This document shows, in pieces, positions 22,664-31,278 of a DNA stretch of 64,000 nt. The stretch lies in the NCBI GenBank assembly GCA_963847125.1, contig CAWJYM010000006.1:6602-70601 (forward strand), in the 5' to 3' direction. The DNA is from an uncultured Acidobacteriota bacterium (GTDB lineage Bacteria; Acidobacteriota; Vicinamibacteria; Vicinamibacterales; 2-12-FULL-66-21). Every line of letters begins with the position of its first letter. Position 1 is the first letter of the stretch. A model generated the notes under the pieces. The model did not search any database, was not told the origin of the DNA, and was given only the letters and a program-made list of their open reading frames with translations. Made by a program: the position numbers and the translations under genes.

Positions 22664-22697
22664 CTCCGGCATGCCGTGGCCCCTCTGCGATACCGGG
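22664..22697. promoter_or_regulatory. degenerate half-site copy of the 28-bp motif (site E)
   Basis: CTCCGGCATGCCG at 22664 and GATACCGG at 22689. Only the right half of the motif is recognisable. It lies about 115 bp upstream of P8. Confidence 0.25.
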
Positions 22698-22795
22698 GGG
22701 GCGGATGCGCCAACGCGGTCTCCCGCGATCGTGCGATCACCGCCAAGGTGTTCATTCGATGGCCGCTAGGCGACCTGCGACCGAACTCGTCCACT

Positions 22796-22811
22796 TGGAA
22801 CGGCTGGTGCT
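22796..22811 (+). promoter_or_regulatory. sigma-54 promoter candidate P8
   Basis: TGGAACGGCTGGTGCT, with GG at 22797/98 and GC at 22809/10. Predicted +1 is about 22822, 2 nt before ATG 22824, which would make the mRNA leaderless. Confidence 0.4.
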
Positions 22812-22823
22812 TGGACACGCGGC

Positions 22824-23165
22824 ATGGTCCGGCTGACCGTCGCGCTCAGTGCAGCGTCCGCGCGCGGGACTCAGGATCTCCTCGAGGCGCTTCGTTTCCT
22901 GGAGTTGAGCACGCGGCTGGAGCGCGGCTGCCTGGGATGTTCCGCCTGGATCGATCCCGACTCGACGGTGCGTCACGTGGAGGAGTGGGCCACCGAACCG
23001 GACATGCGCCGGCGCGTGCGCTCGGACCGGTTCACCTCGCTCCTGGCCGTCGTGGAGTCCGCCCGCGAAGCCCAGGTGCAGTTCGACTTCGTCAAGGAGA
23101 CGCGCGGGCTCGACTACGTTGAGGAAGCCCGCCGCGATGGCCCAATGGAGAGTAGACAAGGATGA
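22824..23165 (+). CDS. small alpha+beta (ABM/Dabb-like) protein
   Basis: 113-aa ORF whose stop overlaps the ppk2 ATG (ATGA). The family call comes from size and pattern only. Confidence 0.35.
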   Translation: MVRLTVALSAASARGTQDLLEALRFLELSTRLERGCLGCSAWIDPDSTVRHVEEWATEPDMRRRVRSDRFTSLLAVVESAREAQVQFDFVKETRGLDYVEEARRDGPMESRQG

Positions 23166-23936
23166 AGCGAGCGAAGTACGAGAAAGCGCTGGGCAAGCTG
23201 CAGGTGCGGCTGTGCCATCTCCAGCGATGGGTCAAGGAGAAGGGCCTGCGCGTGGTCATCGTGCTCGAAGGACGCGACGGGGCAGGCAAGGGAGGGACGA
23301 TTCGCGCGATCACCGAGCGTCTCAGCCCGCGCGTGTTCAGGGTCGTCGCCTTACCGGCCCCCTCGGACCGCGAGAAGAGCCAGATGTACATGCAGCGCTA
23401 CATGCAACATTTTCCCGGCGGCCGGCGAGGTGGTCATCTTCGATCGGAGTTGGTACAACCGCGCCGGCGTCGAGTACGTGATGGGTTTCTGCTCGCCAGA
23501 GCAGCACAAGCGGTTCCTGCAGCTCTGCCCCGAGATGGAGAAGTACATGGTCGATGGCGGCGTCATCCTGATTAAGCTCTGGCTGGAAGTGAGCAACGAC
23601 GAGCAGAAGCGCCGCTTCGAGGCCCGCATCACAGATCCGCTCCGGCAGTGGAAGCTCAGCGTGATGGATTTGCCCTCGCGGAAGCGCTGGTACGACTATT
23701 CACGTGCGCGCGACATCATGTTGAAGCGGACCGACACCCGATTCGCACCCTGGCACATCGTCCGCACGGACGACAAACGGGCGGCGCGCCTGAATACGAT
23801 CGAGCACCTGCTCTCGAGGATTCCGCACAAGAAACTCCGCCAGGAGAAGATCAAGCTCCCCGCACGATCGTCGAAGCGCGCGTACGACGACGACGCGTCG
23901 ATCGCGCGGCGGCGCTTCGTGCGCGAGCGCTATTGA
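23162..23936 (+). CDS. ppk2: polyphosphate kinase 2 (frame break near 23416)
   Basis: ORFs 23162..23575 and 23430..23936 join. Motifs are VIVLEGRDGAGKGGTI, ..[24 protein letters not shown].. (after frame correction) and ..FAPWHIVRTDDKRAARLN. Confidence 0.85.
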
Positions 23937-23949
23937 GGGTGTGCAGGTC

Positions 23950-26148
23950 ATGAAGGGACTCACGATCGCCGTCAGCGCGGCTCTTGCGTGGGCCGGCGCG
24001 GCTCTGTTGCTGCCGGACGGACCGGCAGCGCATGAAGCGCTCGCGTCGCAAGCCGCCGCGCAAGCCGCGAAGACGACGCCGTCAAAGGCGGCGCCGAAGC
24101 CGGAGGAGCTCGATCGGCTGCTCGCGCCCGTCGCGCTGTATCCCGACGCGCTTCTGACGCAGATCCTGCTCTGCACGGCGACCCCCGGTAAGGTCGCCGC
24201 CCTCAACGAGTGGCTGGCGAGCCAGACCGCGAAGGGTACCGATCTCCAGGACGCCGCGACGAAATCCGGATTCGAGCCGAGCTTCGTTGCGCTCGTCCTC
24301 TTTCCGCAGGTTGTCGAGACGATGGCGAGCCAGATGGACTGGACGACCCGGATCGGCCAGGCGTTCGCGGCGGATCGATCCGCCGTGTTCGCCAGCATCC
24401 AGCGGTTGAGGACGCAGGCCAAGAACGTAGGGACTCTCAAGACCACGTCGCAACAGGAAGTCGAAACCCGGACGACGTCGTCAGGCGAGCAGGTGATCGT
24501 CATCGAGCCTGCCAACCCTCAGATTGTCTACGTGCCGCAATACAACCCGCAGGTCGTGTACACGCAGCCGGCGTCGACGACGGTCGTCATCCAGGAGGAT
24601 GACGACAGCGCCGAAGCGGTTGCGGCCGGCCTCATCGGATTCACGGCGGGGATCGCGATTGGCGCCGCGATCGACAACGATTATTACTACGGTCCTCACG
24701 GATTCTACGGCGGCGGCTACATGTACAACGACGCGTGGGACGACTACTACGACGCGCGCGAGGATGCCAGGGAAGACTGGCAGGATCACCGCGAGGACCT
24801 GAACGAGGACCGAAGCGAGCGTCGCGAAGACGTGGCCGACGAGCGCGGTGAGCGGGCGGGTACGACGCAGGAGCAACGTACCGAACGCCAGCAGACCCGG
24901 CAGGAAAACCCGCAGACGCAGGCGCAGCGCGAGCAGCGGAAGACCGAAGCGCAGGGCAAGGCGCAGCAGGCCCGGAGCTCGGGCGCCAGCGCGAGCGGCG
25001 CGAGCACGAGTCAGGCATCCCGGGGGCACAGCGGCAATAAGGCAGCCACGCAGCGCAGCTCCGGATCGGACGCGTTCTCCGGCTACTCGAGTGGAAAATC
25101 CACGCGCGCGTCCAGCTCGCGCGGCCAGAGCAGCCGGAGCAGCTCGCGCGGCGGCGGCGGCGGCGGCGGCGGCGGTGACGCGGTGACATCGAGCCGAGTG
25201 GTGAAGGACGTGACGAGAATCGCAAAGACGGCGTGCGGCGTGATCGCGCTGGCGTGCGCGTGCGTGGCGGTGGCGGCGGCCGTCTCCTGCAGCTCTTCTG
25301 CCCCGGGCCCGCGGACGTTCGGGACGCCGGAAGAGGCGGTGCGTGCGTTGAACGAAGTCGTCAAGGCCGGGAAGATGGATGACCTGCTGGCCATCTTCGG
25401 CCCGGACGGCAAGGAGTTGGCCGGGTCGTCGGATCCGGCAACCGGCAGCAGGAACCGCAAGGTGTTCACGGTCGCCGTCGCCGAGGGGTGGAAGCTGGTC
25501 GATCAGGGTACCGACCGCAAAGTACTCGTCGTCGGCAACGAAGAATGGCCGTTCCCGGTCCCTCTCGTGCGAGAGGCGAACGGCTGGCGATTCGACACGG
25601 CGGCAGGCAAGGAAGAAGTGATCGCCCGGCGCATCGGGCGCAACGAGCTCGCGGTGATGCAGATCTGCCGGACCTACGTCGCCGCGCAGAGGCTCTACGC
25701 CCGTTCCGGTCACGATGGAAAGCGCGCGGGGTTGTACGCGACGACGTTCCGGAGCGATCGCGGAAAACAAAACGGCCTGTATTGGCCGGCGGTGCGAGGT
25801 CAGAAGCGCAGCCCGCTCGGAGATCTCGTGGCCCAGGCGGCCGAGGAAGGCCGACCGGTGGGCGCGGATCGTCAGCCCTCGCCCTTTCACGGGTACTACT
25901 TCAAGATCCTGACCGGCCAGGGCGCCGCAGCGACTGGCGGCGCCAGGAATTATGTGGCAGCCGGAGACATGTCCGGCGGGTTCGCGCTCGTCGCGTGGCC
26001 TGCCCAGTACGACGTGACCGGAGTCATGACCTTCATCGTCAATCAGGACGGCGGCGTTCGCGAGAAGGACCTCGGACCTGGAACCGATGCCGCCGCCAGG
26101 GCGATGACGCTGTACGACCCCGATTCGTCCTGGGCCACGGTGGAGTAA
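23950..26148 (+). CDS. DUF3300 protein and DUF2950 lipoprotein read as one ORF (probably two genes joined by an indel in a (GGC)8 tract)
   Basis: N-terminal part: LDRLLAPVALYPDALLTQILLCTATPGKVAALNEWL (DUF3300) followed by a long acidic/S-G-R tail. A lipoprotein-type signal VVKDVTRIAKTACGVIALACACVAVAAAVSC begins at about 25198. Then the DUF2950-like part ..NELAVMQICRTYVAAQRLYA..GYYFKILTGQG..GGFALVAWPAQYDVTGVMTFIVNQDG. Confidence 0.6.
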   Translation: MKGLTIAVSAALAWAGAALLLPDGPAAHEALASQAAAQAAKTTPSKAAPKPEELDRLLAPVALYPDALLTQILLCTATPGKVAALNEWLASQTAKGTDLQDAATKSGFEPSFVALVLFPQVVETMASQMDWTTRIGQAFAADRSAVFASIQRLRTQAKNVGTLKTTSQQEVETRTTSSGEQVIVIEPANPQIVYVPQYNPQVVYTQPASTTVVIQEDDDSAEAVAAGLIGFTAGIAIGAAIDNDYYYGPHGFYGGGYMYNDAWDDYYDAREDAREDWQDHREDLNEDRSERREDVADERGERAGTTQEQRTERQQTRQENPQTQAQREQRKTEAQGKAQQARSSGASASGASTSQASRGHSGNKAATQRSSGSDAFSGYSSGKSTRASSSRGQSSRSSSRGGGGGGGGGDAVTSSRVVKDVTRIAKTACGVIALACACVAVAAAVSCSSSAPGPRTFGTPEEAVRALNEVVKAGKMDDLLAIFGPDGKELAGSSDPATGSRNRKVFTVAVAEGWKLVDQGTDRKVLVVGNEEWPFPVPLVREANGWRFDTAAGKEEVIARRIGRNELAVMQICRTYVAAQRLYARSGHDGKRAGLYATTFRSDRGKQNGLYWPAVRGQKRSPLGDLVAQAAEEGRPVGADRQPSPFHGYYFKILTGQGAAATGGARNYVAAGDMSGGFALVAWPAQYDVTGVMTFIVNQDGGVREKDLGPGTDAAARAMTLYDPDSSWATVE

Positions 26149-27778
26149 GTGACCACCCACGTGTTGGGTGCCTGTGTCGTCGCGCTGGTTCTGTCCTCGC
26201 TCGACGCGCGCTCACAAACGATGCCGGGTGCCGCTCCGGCCGCGGCGCCAACCCAACCCGAACCACCGAAAGACGTCCTCGGCCGCAGCACACCTCGAGG
26301 GACGGTCCTCGGGTTTCTCAGCGCCGCGCGCCGGGGAGAGGATGCACTGGCGGGTCAGTACCTGGACGCTCCGTCCGGTGGAGAGGCCGCGGACACTCTC
26401 GCCCACGAGCTGTTCATCGTTCTCGACGCCCGGCTGCCCGCTCGACTGCCGCAACTGAGCGACGCTCCCGAGGGCTCCCGTTCGAACCCACTGACACCCA
26501 ACCAGGAGCTGGTCGGAACGGTCCAGGGCTCCGCCGGCGCCGTGGACATCGTGCTCGAACGAGTCGAACGTGGAAGCACCGGTCCGATCTGGCTCTTCTC
26601 ACGCAGGACGCTCGAATCCGTTCCGAGGCTGTACCAAGAGATCGCGGTCCTCTGGAAGGATGCGCCCGTTCCCAGGTTCCTGACGAGTACGCGCGTAGGA
26701 GGCGTCCGGCTCTTCGAGTGGCTCGCCGTCATTCTCGGTCTGCCACTGTTGTATCTGGCGACCGTGCTCTTGAACAGGATGCTCACGCCGCTGATGGGAC
26801 TCGCGTGGCGTCGCATGTTCAAGGGATCGGATCTCTTCACCCGCAGCGTTCTGCCGGCGCCGGCCCGACTGCTGATCCTGGCGCTGGCGGGTCGCTGGCT
26901 GCTGGCCCGACTGCCTCTGTCGCTGCTCGGTCCGGCAGTTCTGGACCAATCTGGCAATCCTTCTGACGATTGTGGCGGTCGTCTGGCTCCTGTTTCTCCT
27001 GAACGGTGAGGTCGAACGCTACATTCGCCGGCGCTTTCCGCGCACCAGCTCCGCTGCCGCGACCTCGCTGCTGCGCGTCGGTCGCAGGGTCGTCGACGTC
27101 CTGATCGTGTTCGCAGCCGTGCTCGTCGTGCTTCGTCGTTTCGGCGTGGACCCGACGCCGGTGCTGGCGGGACTCGGTGTGGGAGGCATCGCCGTAGCGC
27201 TTGCGGCGCAGAAGACACTGGAGAACGTGATCGCCGGCGCGTCCCTGATCTTCGACCAGGCGGTGCGTGTCGGAGACTTTCTGAAGGTGGGGGACGTTCA
27301 GGGTACCGTCGAACACATCGGCCTGCGCTCGACACGGATCCGTACTCTCGATCGGACCGTCGTGAGCATCCCCAACAGTCAGATCGCGAACGCGAGCCTC
27401 GAGACGCTCTCAGTGCGCGACAAGTTCTGGTTTCATCCGGTCGTGGGGCTCGTGTACGAGACGACGTCGGACCAGCTGCGCGCCGTCGTCGACGGCATCC
27501 GTCAGATGCTCGACGACCACCCCTCCGTCGCCCACGAATCGGTGCGCGTCCGGTTCATCCACCTCGGTTCGTTTTCTCTCGACGTGGACGTCTTCGCGTA
27601 CGTCTTCGCCCGCGACTGGAACCACTTCCTCGAGATTCAGGAGCAGCTGCTCTTCGCCGTCACGGAGATCGTCGACAAGGCCGGCACCCAGATCGCGTTC
27701 CCGTCTCAGACGATGTACGTCTCCAACGAACAGGCCGCCGCCCCTGTCGCGGAATCCATCCCGACGGCGACGCGATAA
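26149..27778 (+). CDS. MscS-family mechanosensitive channel with large N-terminal periplasmic/TM extension (frame break near 26935)
   Basis: ORFs 26149..27009 and 26972..27778 join. MscS core: GLGVGGIAVALAAQKTLENVIAGASLIFDQAVRVGDFLKVGDVQGTVEHIGLRSTRIRTLDRTVVSIPNS. Confidence 0.8.
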
Positions 27779-29226
27779 GGTGTGACGATTACTGGCGCGC
27801 GGTTCCGGTCGACGGGTCGCGGGCGGCGGGCCGGCGGCATCGCCTCGAAGTTGCCCCCGAGCGCCAGGTGCACGTTCACGCGCTGCACCCGTTGTTCGGC
27901 CTGCACGCGGATGACGGCCGCGCGCGTCGCCTCCAGCGCGAGCTGTCGCTGCGTCACGAATCTGAGATCGGTGCTGCCGACCTTGAACTGGGTCTGCACG
28001 ATCTCGAGCGCGCGCTGACTGTCGGAGAGCGTCTGCGCGAGGATCTGCTCGCGCTCGCGCGCGGCGATTTCCGCGGACAGCGCATTCTCGACCTCACCGA
28101 AGGCCCGGAGGCCGATCGATGCGTACGCGGCGATGGCCTGTTTCTGCTCCGCCGTCCGAATCTCGACCTGCCTCTTGAGGGCGCCGCCCCTGAAGACGGG
28201 CGCAAGCAGGTTGGCGCCGACGTTCCACACGGGGTTGTCGCGATCCTGCAGCACGAACAGTTCGCTCGAGATGCTGCTGACGCCGGTCGTCAGCGCGATC
28301 GCCGGGAGCCGGGCCGCCTTCGCCTCATGGACCCGGTTGAACGCCGCGGCGATGCGCCGTTCGGCCGCGATCACATCCGGGCGGCGCTCGAGGAGGCCTG
28401 ACGGGAGCCCTCCTGGCACGGCGTCGGGCTGTCCCGGCAGCTGGGGCGAAACGGCGGCTGCAGCAGCGGGATACCTCCCGAGCAGGAGCTCCAGCGCGCG
28501 GATGGCCTGCTCGCGCGCGAGCTCGATCTGACGCAGCGTGTCACGGTAGGTTCCGGACGTGGCGCGCGCGACAAAGATATCTTCTTCGTTGCCTACCCCG
28601 ATGCGCGCCCGATCCTGGGCGAGGCGGACGAGTTCGTCGCCTTCCCGAATAGTCTCGCGCGCGCGCTCCGCCTGGAGCCCCGCTTCGGTGGCCAGGAACC
28701 AGCTCTTGGCCACGAGCGCGGCAAGCGACTGCCGCGCGTACTCGAAGTCGGCTTCGGCAGACCTGGCGTCGGCAACCGCCGCCGCACGGCCGTATCGGAC
28801 GCGGCCCCAGAGGTCGACCTCCCAGGACACCGTAAGGGCCGCGCCCTGCAGGCCCGAGTTGTCGCCCGACATCTTGCCGCCGCCGCGCGCGAGGATGTCG
28901 ACCGACGGATACAACCTCGCTCCCGCGAGCCTCGCAAGGAGCAGCGCCTGCTCCACGCGTGCGGCCGCCACTTGCAGGTCTGCGTTGTGCGCAATGGCCT
29001 CGACAACCGCAGCGGTCAGCTGATCGTCGCGGAACGTGGCGAGCCAGTTGTCCGAGATGGGGACACCGGCCGCAGGCCCCCTCCACCCGCTCGGGGGCGT
29101 CACCGCCGGCAACGCCTGTTCTTTGATCGCCGCCGCGTCCGGCGGCTTCTTGAGTATGCAGCCCGTCGCCGTCAGCAGGATCGCGGCCGCAAGCGGAGCT
29201 CGGAGGCGCGCCAGCAGACTCTCCAT
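27706..29226 (-). CDS. outer-membrane efflux lipoprotein (NodT/TolC family)
   Basis: ORF 27706..29487 trimmed to ATG 29226 (ATGA overlap with the HlyD stop). Lipobox LLTATGC. Two OEP repeats. The tail overlaps the mscS end by 73 nt, so the exact stop is uncertain. Confidence 0.75.
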   Translation of the reverse strand: MESLLARLRAPLAAAILLTATGCILKKPPDAAAIKEQALPAVTPPSGWRGPAAGVPISDNWLATFRDDQLTAAVVEAIAHNADLQVAAARVEQALLLARLAGARLYPSVDILARGGGKMSGDNSGLQGAALTVSWEVDLWGRVRYGRAAAVADARSAEADFEYARQSLAALVAKSWFLATEAGLQAERARETIREGDELVRLAQDRARIGVGNEEDIFVARATSGTYRDTLRQIELAREQAIRALELLLGRYPAAAAAVSPQLPGQPDAVPGGLPSGLLERRPDVIAAERRIAAAFNRVHEAKAARLPAIALTTGVSSISSELFVLQDRDNPVWNVGANLLAPVFRGGALKRQVEIRTAEQKQAIAAYASIGLRAFGEVENALSAEIAAREREQILAQTLSDSQRALEIVQTQFKVGSTDLRFVTQRQLALEATRAAVIRVQAEQRVQRVNVHLALGGNFEAMPPARRPRPVDRNRAPVIVTPYRVAVGMDSATGAAACSLETYIV

Positions 29227-30500
29227 CAATGACCCATGCTGATGCTGTGCTTGATGATGACGTAGTCGAGGTACGACGCCACGCGCAGGATCACCTTGCG
29301 GATGATGTGAACCAGCGCGAGGTGCTCGGTGTAGATCGCCGCGGACCCGCGCGCGCCCGCGGCCAGGAAGAGCTCGCGGTCCCGCTCGGCGACCACGAGC
29401 TTCACCGGGAACCGGCCGGGCGGCGCGCTGACGACCGTCCGCGGCAGATCGCCGGACGCCTCGATCTGTCCCTGTCCCTGCGCCCATATCACCGAGTCGA
29501 CGTGGGCCTTGATCACGCGGCCAGGGTACGTGTCGAGCGTAATCTCCACTTCATTCCCCGCTTCGACCTGATGCAGCTCGTTCTGGCCGAAGATCGCGAA
29601 GATCTGGTACTCGTCGTCCACGAACGTCATGACCTCGTTGAACGGCATGCCCGCCACGAAGAAGCCCGGACGAAGCATCACGTTCACCATGGTGCCGTTG
29701 CCCGGCGCGACGACGGTCGTCTGCGATAGATCCCACCGGGCGTTCTCGAGCTGCGCGCGCGTCGTATCCACCTGCGCCTGGGCGACCCGCACCTGCGCCT
29801 GGGCGGTGGCGATCTGCGCCTTGACCTCCGCTACCGCCGCAAGATCGCCGTTTACGCGTCCCGCGAGCTTTTCTCGCACCTGTTGTTCGGCGGCACGTGC
29901 GCCGGCGAGCTGAGCCGTCAGCTCGTTGACGTTCGTCTGGGCCTGCTCGAGATCGAAACGACTGCCGGCGCCCGTCGACACGAGCTCGGTGTTCTGCGCG
30001 ACGCGGGTCTTGGCCAGGGTCAGCGAAGCCGAGACCGAGCTCACCTGGCCGGTGGCCTGGTTCAACTGCTCGTGCAGCTCTCGCTCGCTCGCCGCTGCGT
30101 TGGCCAGCCGTGCCTGCATCTCCGTGAGCCGCGCCCGGTCGGCGCCGACCTTCGCATCCTCGGAGGCCAGCCGCGCCTCGAGCGACACCACCTCGTTCTG
30201 ATAGGGCGTCGGATCGATGCGGAACAGTACGTCCCCCTTTTTGACCGGGCGGTTGTTCTCGACCGGCACCTCGACGACGCGTCCCCTCACCTGCGACACG
30301 ACGGGCACGACGTACTTGACCACGCGGACGTCGCTCGTCGTCGGCGCAAAAATATTCAGGAGGAGAAGGAGCGCCGCGATCATGACGATCGGGAAGATCA
30401 CGACGCCGACCTTCCAGGGCGTGGTCCAGGGCAGCAGCTTCAGCTTGATGAAGATCAGCCAGACGAAAAACGAGTAGATGCCGAGTAGGATGACTTCCAT
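29226..30500 (-). CDS. HlyD-family membrane fusion protein (YiaV/AaeA-like)
   Basis: Intact 424 aa. N-terminal TM, a lipoyl-like segment VSQVRGRVVEVPVENNRPVKKGDVLFRIDP, and a long coiled coil. Confidence 0.8.
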   Translation of the reverse strand: MEVILLGIYSFFVWLIFIKLKLLPWTTPWKVGVVIFPIVMIAALLLLLNIFAPTTSDVRVVKYVVPVVSQVRGRVVEVPVENNRPVKKGDVLFRIDPTPYQNEVVSLEARLASEDAKVGADRARLTEMQARLANAAASERELHEQLNQATGQVSSVSASLTLAKTRVAQNTELVSTGAGSRFDLEQAQTNVNELTAQLAGARAAEQQVREKLAGRVNGDLAAVAEVKAQIATAQAQVRVAQAQVDTTRAQLENARWDLSQTTVVAPGNGTMVNVMLRPGFFVAGMPFNEVMTFVDDEYQIFAIFGQNELHQVEAGNEVEITLDTYPGRVIKAHVDSVIWAQGQGQIEASGDLPRTVVSAPPGRFPVKLVVAERDRELFLAAGARGSAAIYTEHLALVHIIRKVILRVASYLDYVIIKHSISMGH

Positions 30501-31052
30501 CTAGCGAGCCTCATCGGCGGCGAACTTCGCCTCGAGGGCCGTGAGATCGGCGCGAAGGACCTCGAGCTCGGACGGCGGAACGCCTCGCGCCTCGAGCCGC
30601 TCCAGCCTGTCGCGAAGGCTCGCCACGCCTTCTCCCGGCCCAGGCCCGTGCTCTTTGAGTGCGTCCGGATGGACGTCGGTCCCGTACGCCATCTTGTACA
30701 TGACCGGCTTCGAATAGGCCCACAGCCACGCGAGCGGCCAGAGGAGGCCTCCGAACACCAGCGAGAGCAGGCACAACGTCCGGATGGCCTCGAACTGGGG
30801 ATGGTGCCGCTTGTGCGCGATCTTCTCCGGAAGGACGTGGACCATCCAGAAGAGCACGATCAGCACGGCCGGCACGAGGAAGATCACAAGCACCGCGATG
30901 ATCGTGGCGAGCGTGTCCTCGAGTTCAGGCGACAGCAGCGACGCGCGCGCGTCGTCCGGAGCGGCCAGCGAGAAGACCAGGGCTGCCGCCCCGACGATCG
31001 CCCGGGCGGCTCTCGGCCCCTTCAAACTGCCGAATCCAAGGGTGGAGCGCAT
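30501..31052 (-). CDS. DUF3302 (YiaW-like) inner-membrane protein with N-terminal extension
   Basis: The core ..VLVIFLVPAVLIVLFWMVHVLPEKIAHKRHHPQFEAIRTLCLLSLVFGGLLWPLAWLWAY is colinear with E. coli YiaW as I remember it. Start chosen at ATG 31052. Confidence 0.65.
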   Translation of the reverse strand: MRSTLGFGSLKGPRAARAIVGAAALVFSLAAPDDARASLLSPELEDTLATIIAVLVIFLVPAVLIVLFWMVHVLPEKIAHKRHHPQFEAIRTLCLLSLVFGGLLWPLAWLWAYSKPVMYKMAYGTDVHPDALKEHGPGPGEGVASLRDRLERLEARGVPPSELEVLRADLTALEAKFAADEAR

Positions 31053-31067
31053 GACCGGTACCCGAAC

Positions 31068-31083
31068 AGCAGCCGCCGTGCCA
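31068..31083 (-). promoter_or_regulatory. sigma-54 promoter candidate P5 for DUF3302-HlyD-OMF
   Basis: The minus strand reads TGGCACGGCGGCTGCT, with GG at 31082/81 and GC at 31070/69. Predicted +1 is about 31057, 5 nt before ATG 31052. Confidence 0.6.
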
Positions 31084-31180
31084 GCGTTGCCGTCGGCCGT
31101 CGGCGTGTCCGTAAACCGATGACGCGCCGAGAGTAGACGCGCCAGCACACCCCTCTCCGTCGGCGCGCGTCAACCTCCGC

Positions 31181-31208
31181 TATTCCGGGTATGCTCCGGG
31201 ATACCGGA
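31181..31208. promoter_or_regulatory. 28-bp conserved site C (putative enhancer/UAS)
   Basis: TATTCCGGGTATGCTCCGGGATACCGGA, which contains the 14-bp palindrome TCCGGGATACCGGA. It lies 113 bp from the P5 -24, immediately upstream of bEBP-2. Confidence 0.55.
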
Positions 31209-31278
31209 GCCCAATTTCATTCGGCGCAATCGGGTGATATACCTAAGCCACATCTTCCATCCAAGGGAAGTCCCACTA

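Noticed and set aside
23751-23766. TGGCACATCGTCCGCA with correct GG/GC spacing.
   Set aside because: It lies inside ppk2, where the sequence encodes PWHIVRT. The -12 half is CGC rather than TGC, and there is no upstream 28-bp site. It is probably a coding coincidence.
27706-27778. 73-nt convergent overlap of the OMF gene tail with the mscS end, considered as a functional antisense overlap.
   Set aside because: NodT-type proteins usually end soon after the ..LALGGxW/F-like motif seen at about 27870. The extra residues look unstructured. Given the error rate of this sequence, a missed stop is more likely than a real overlap.
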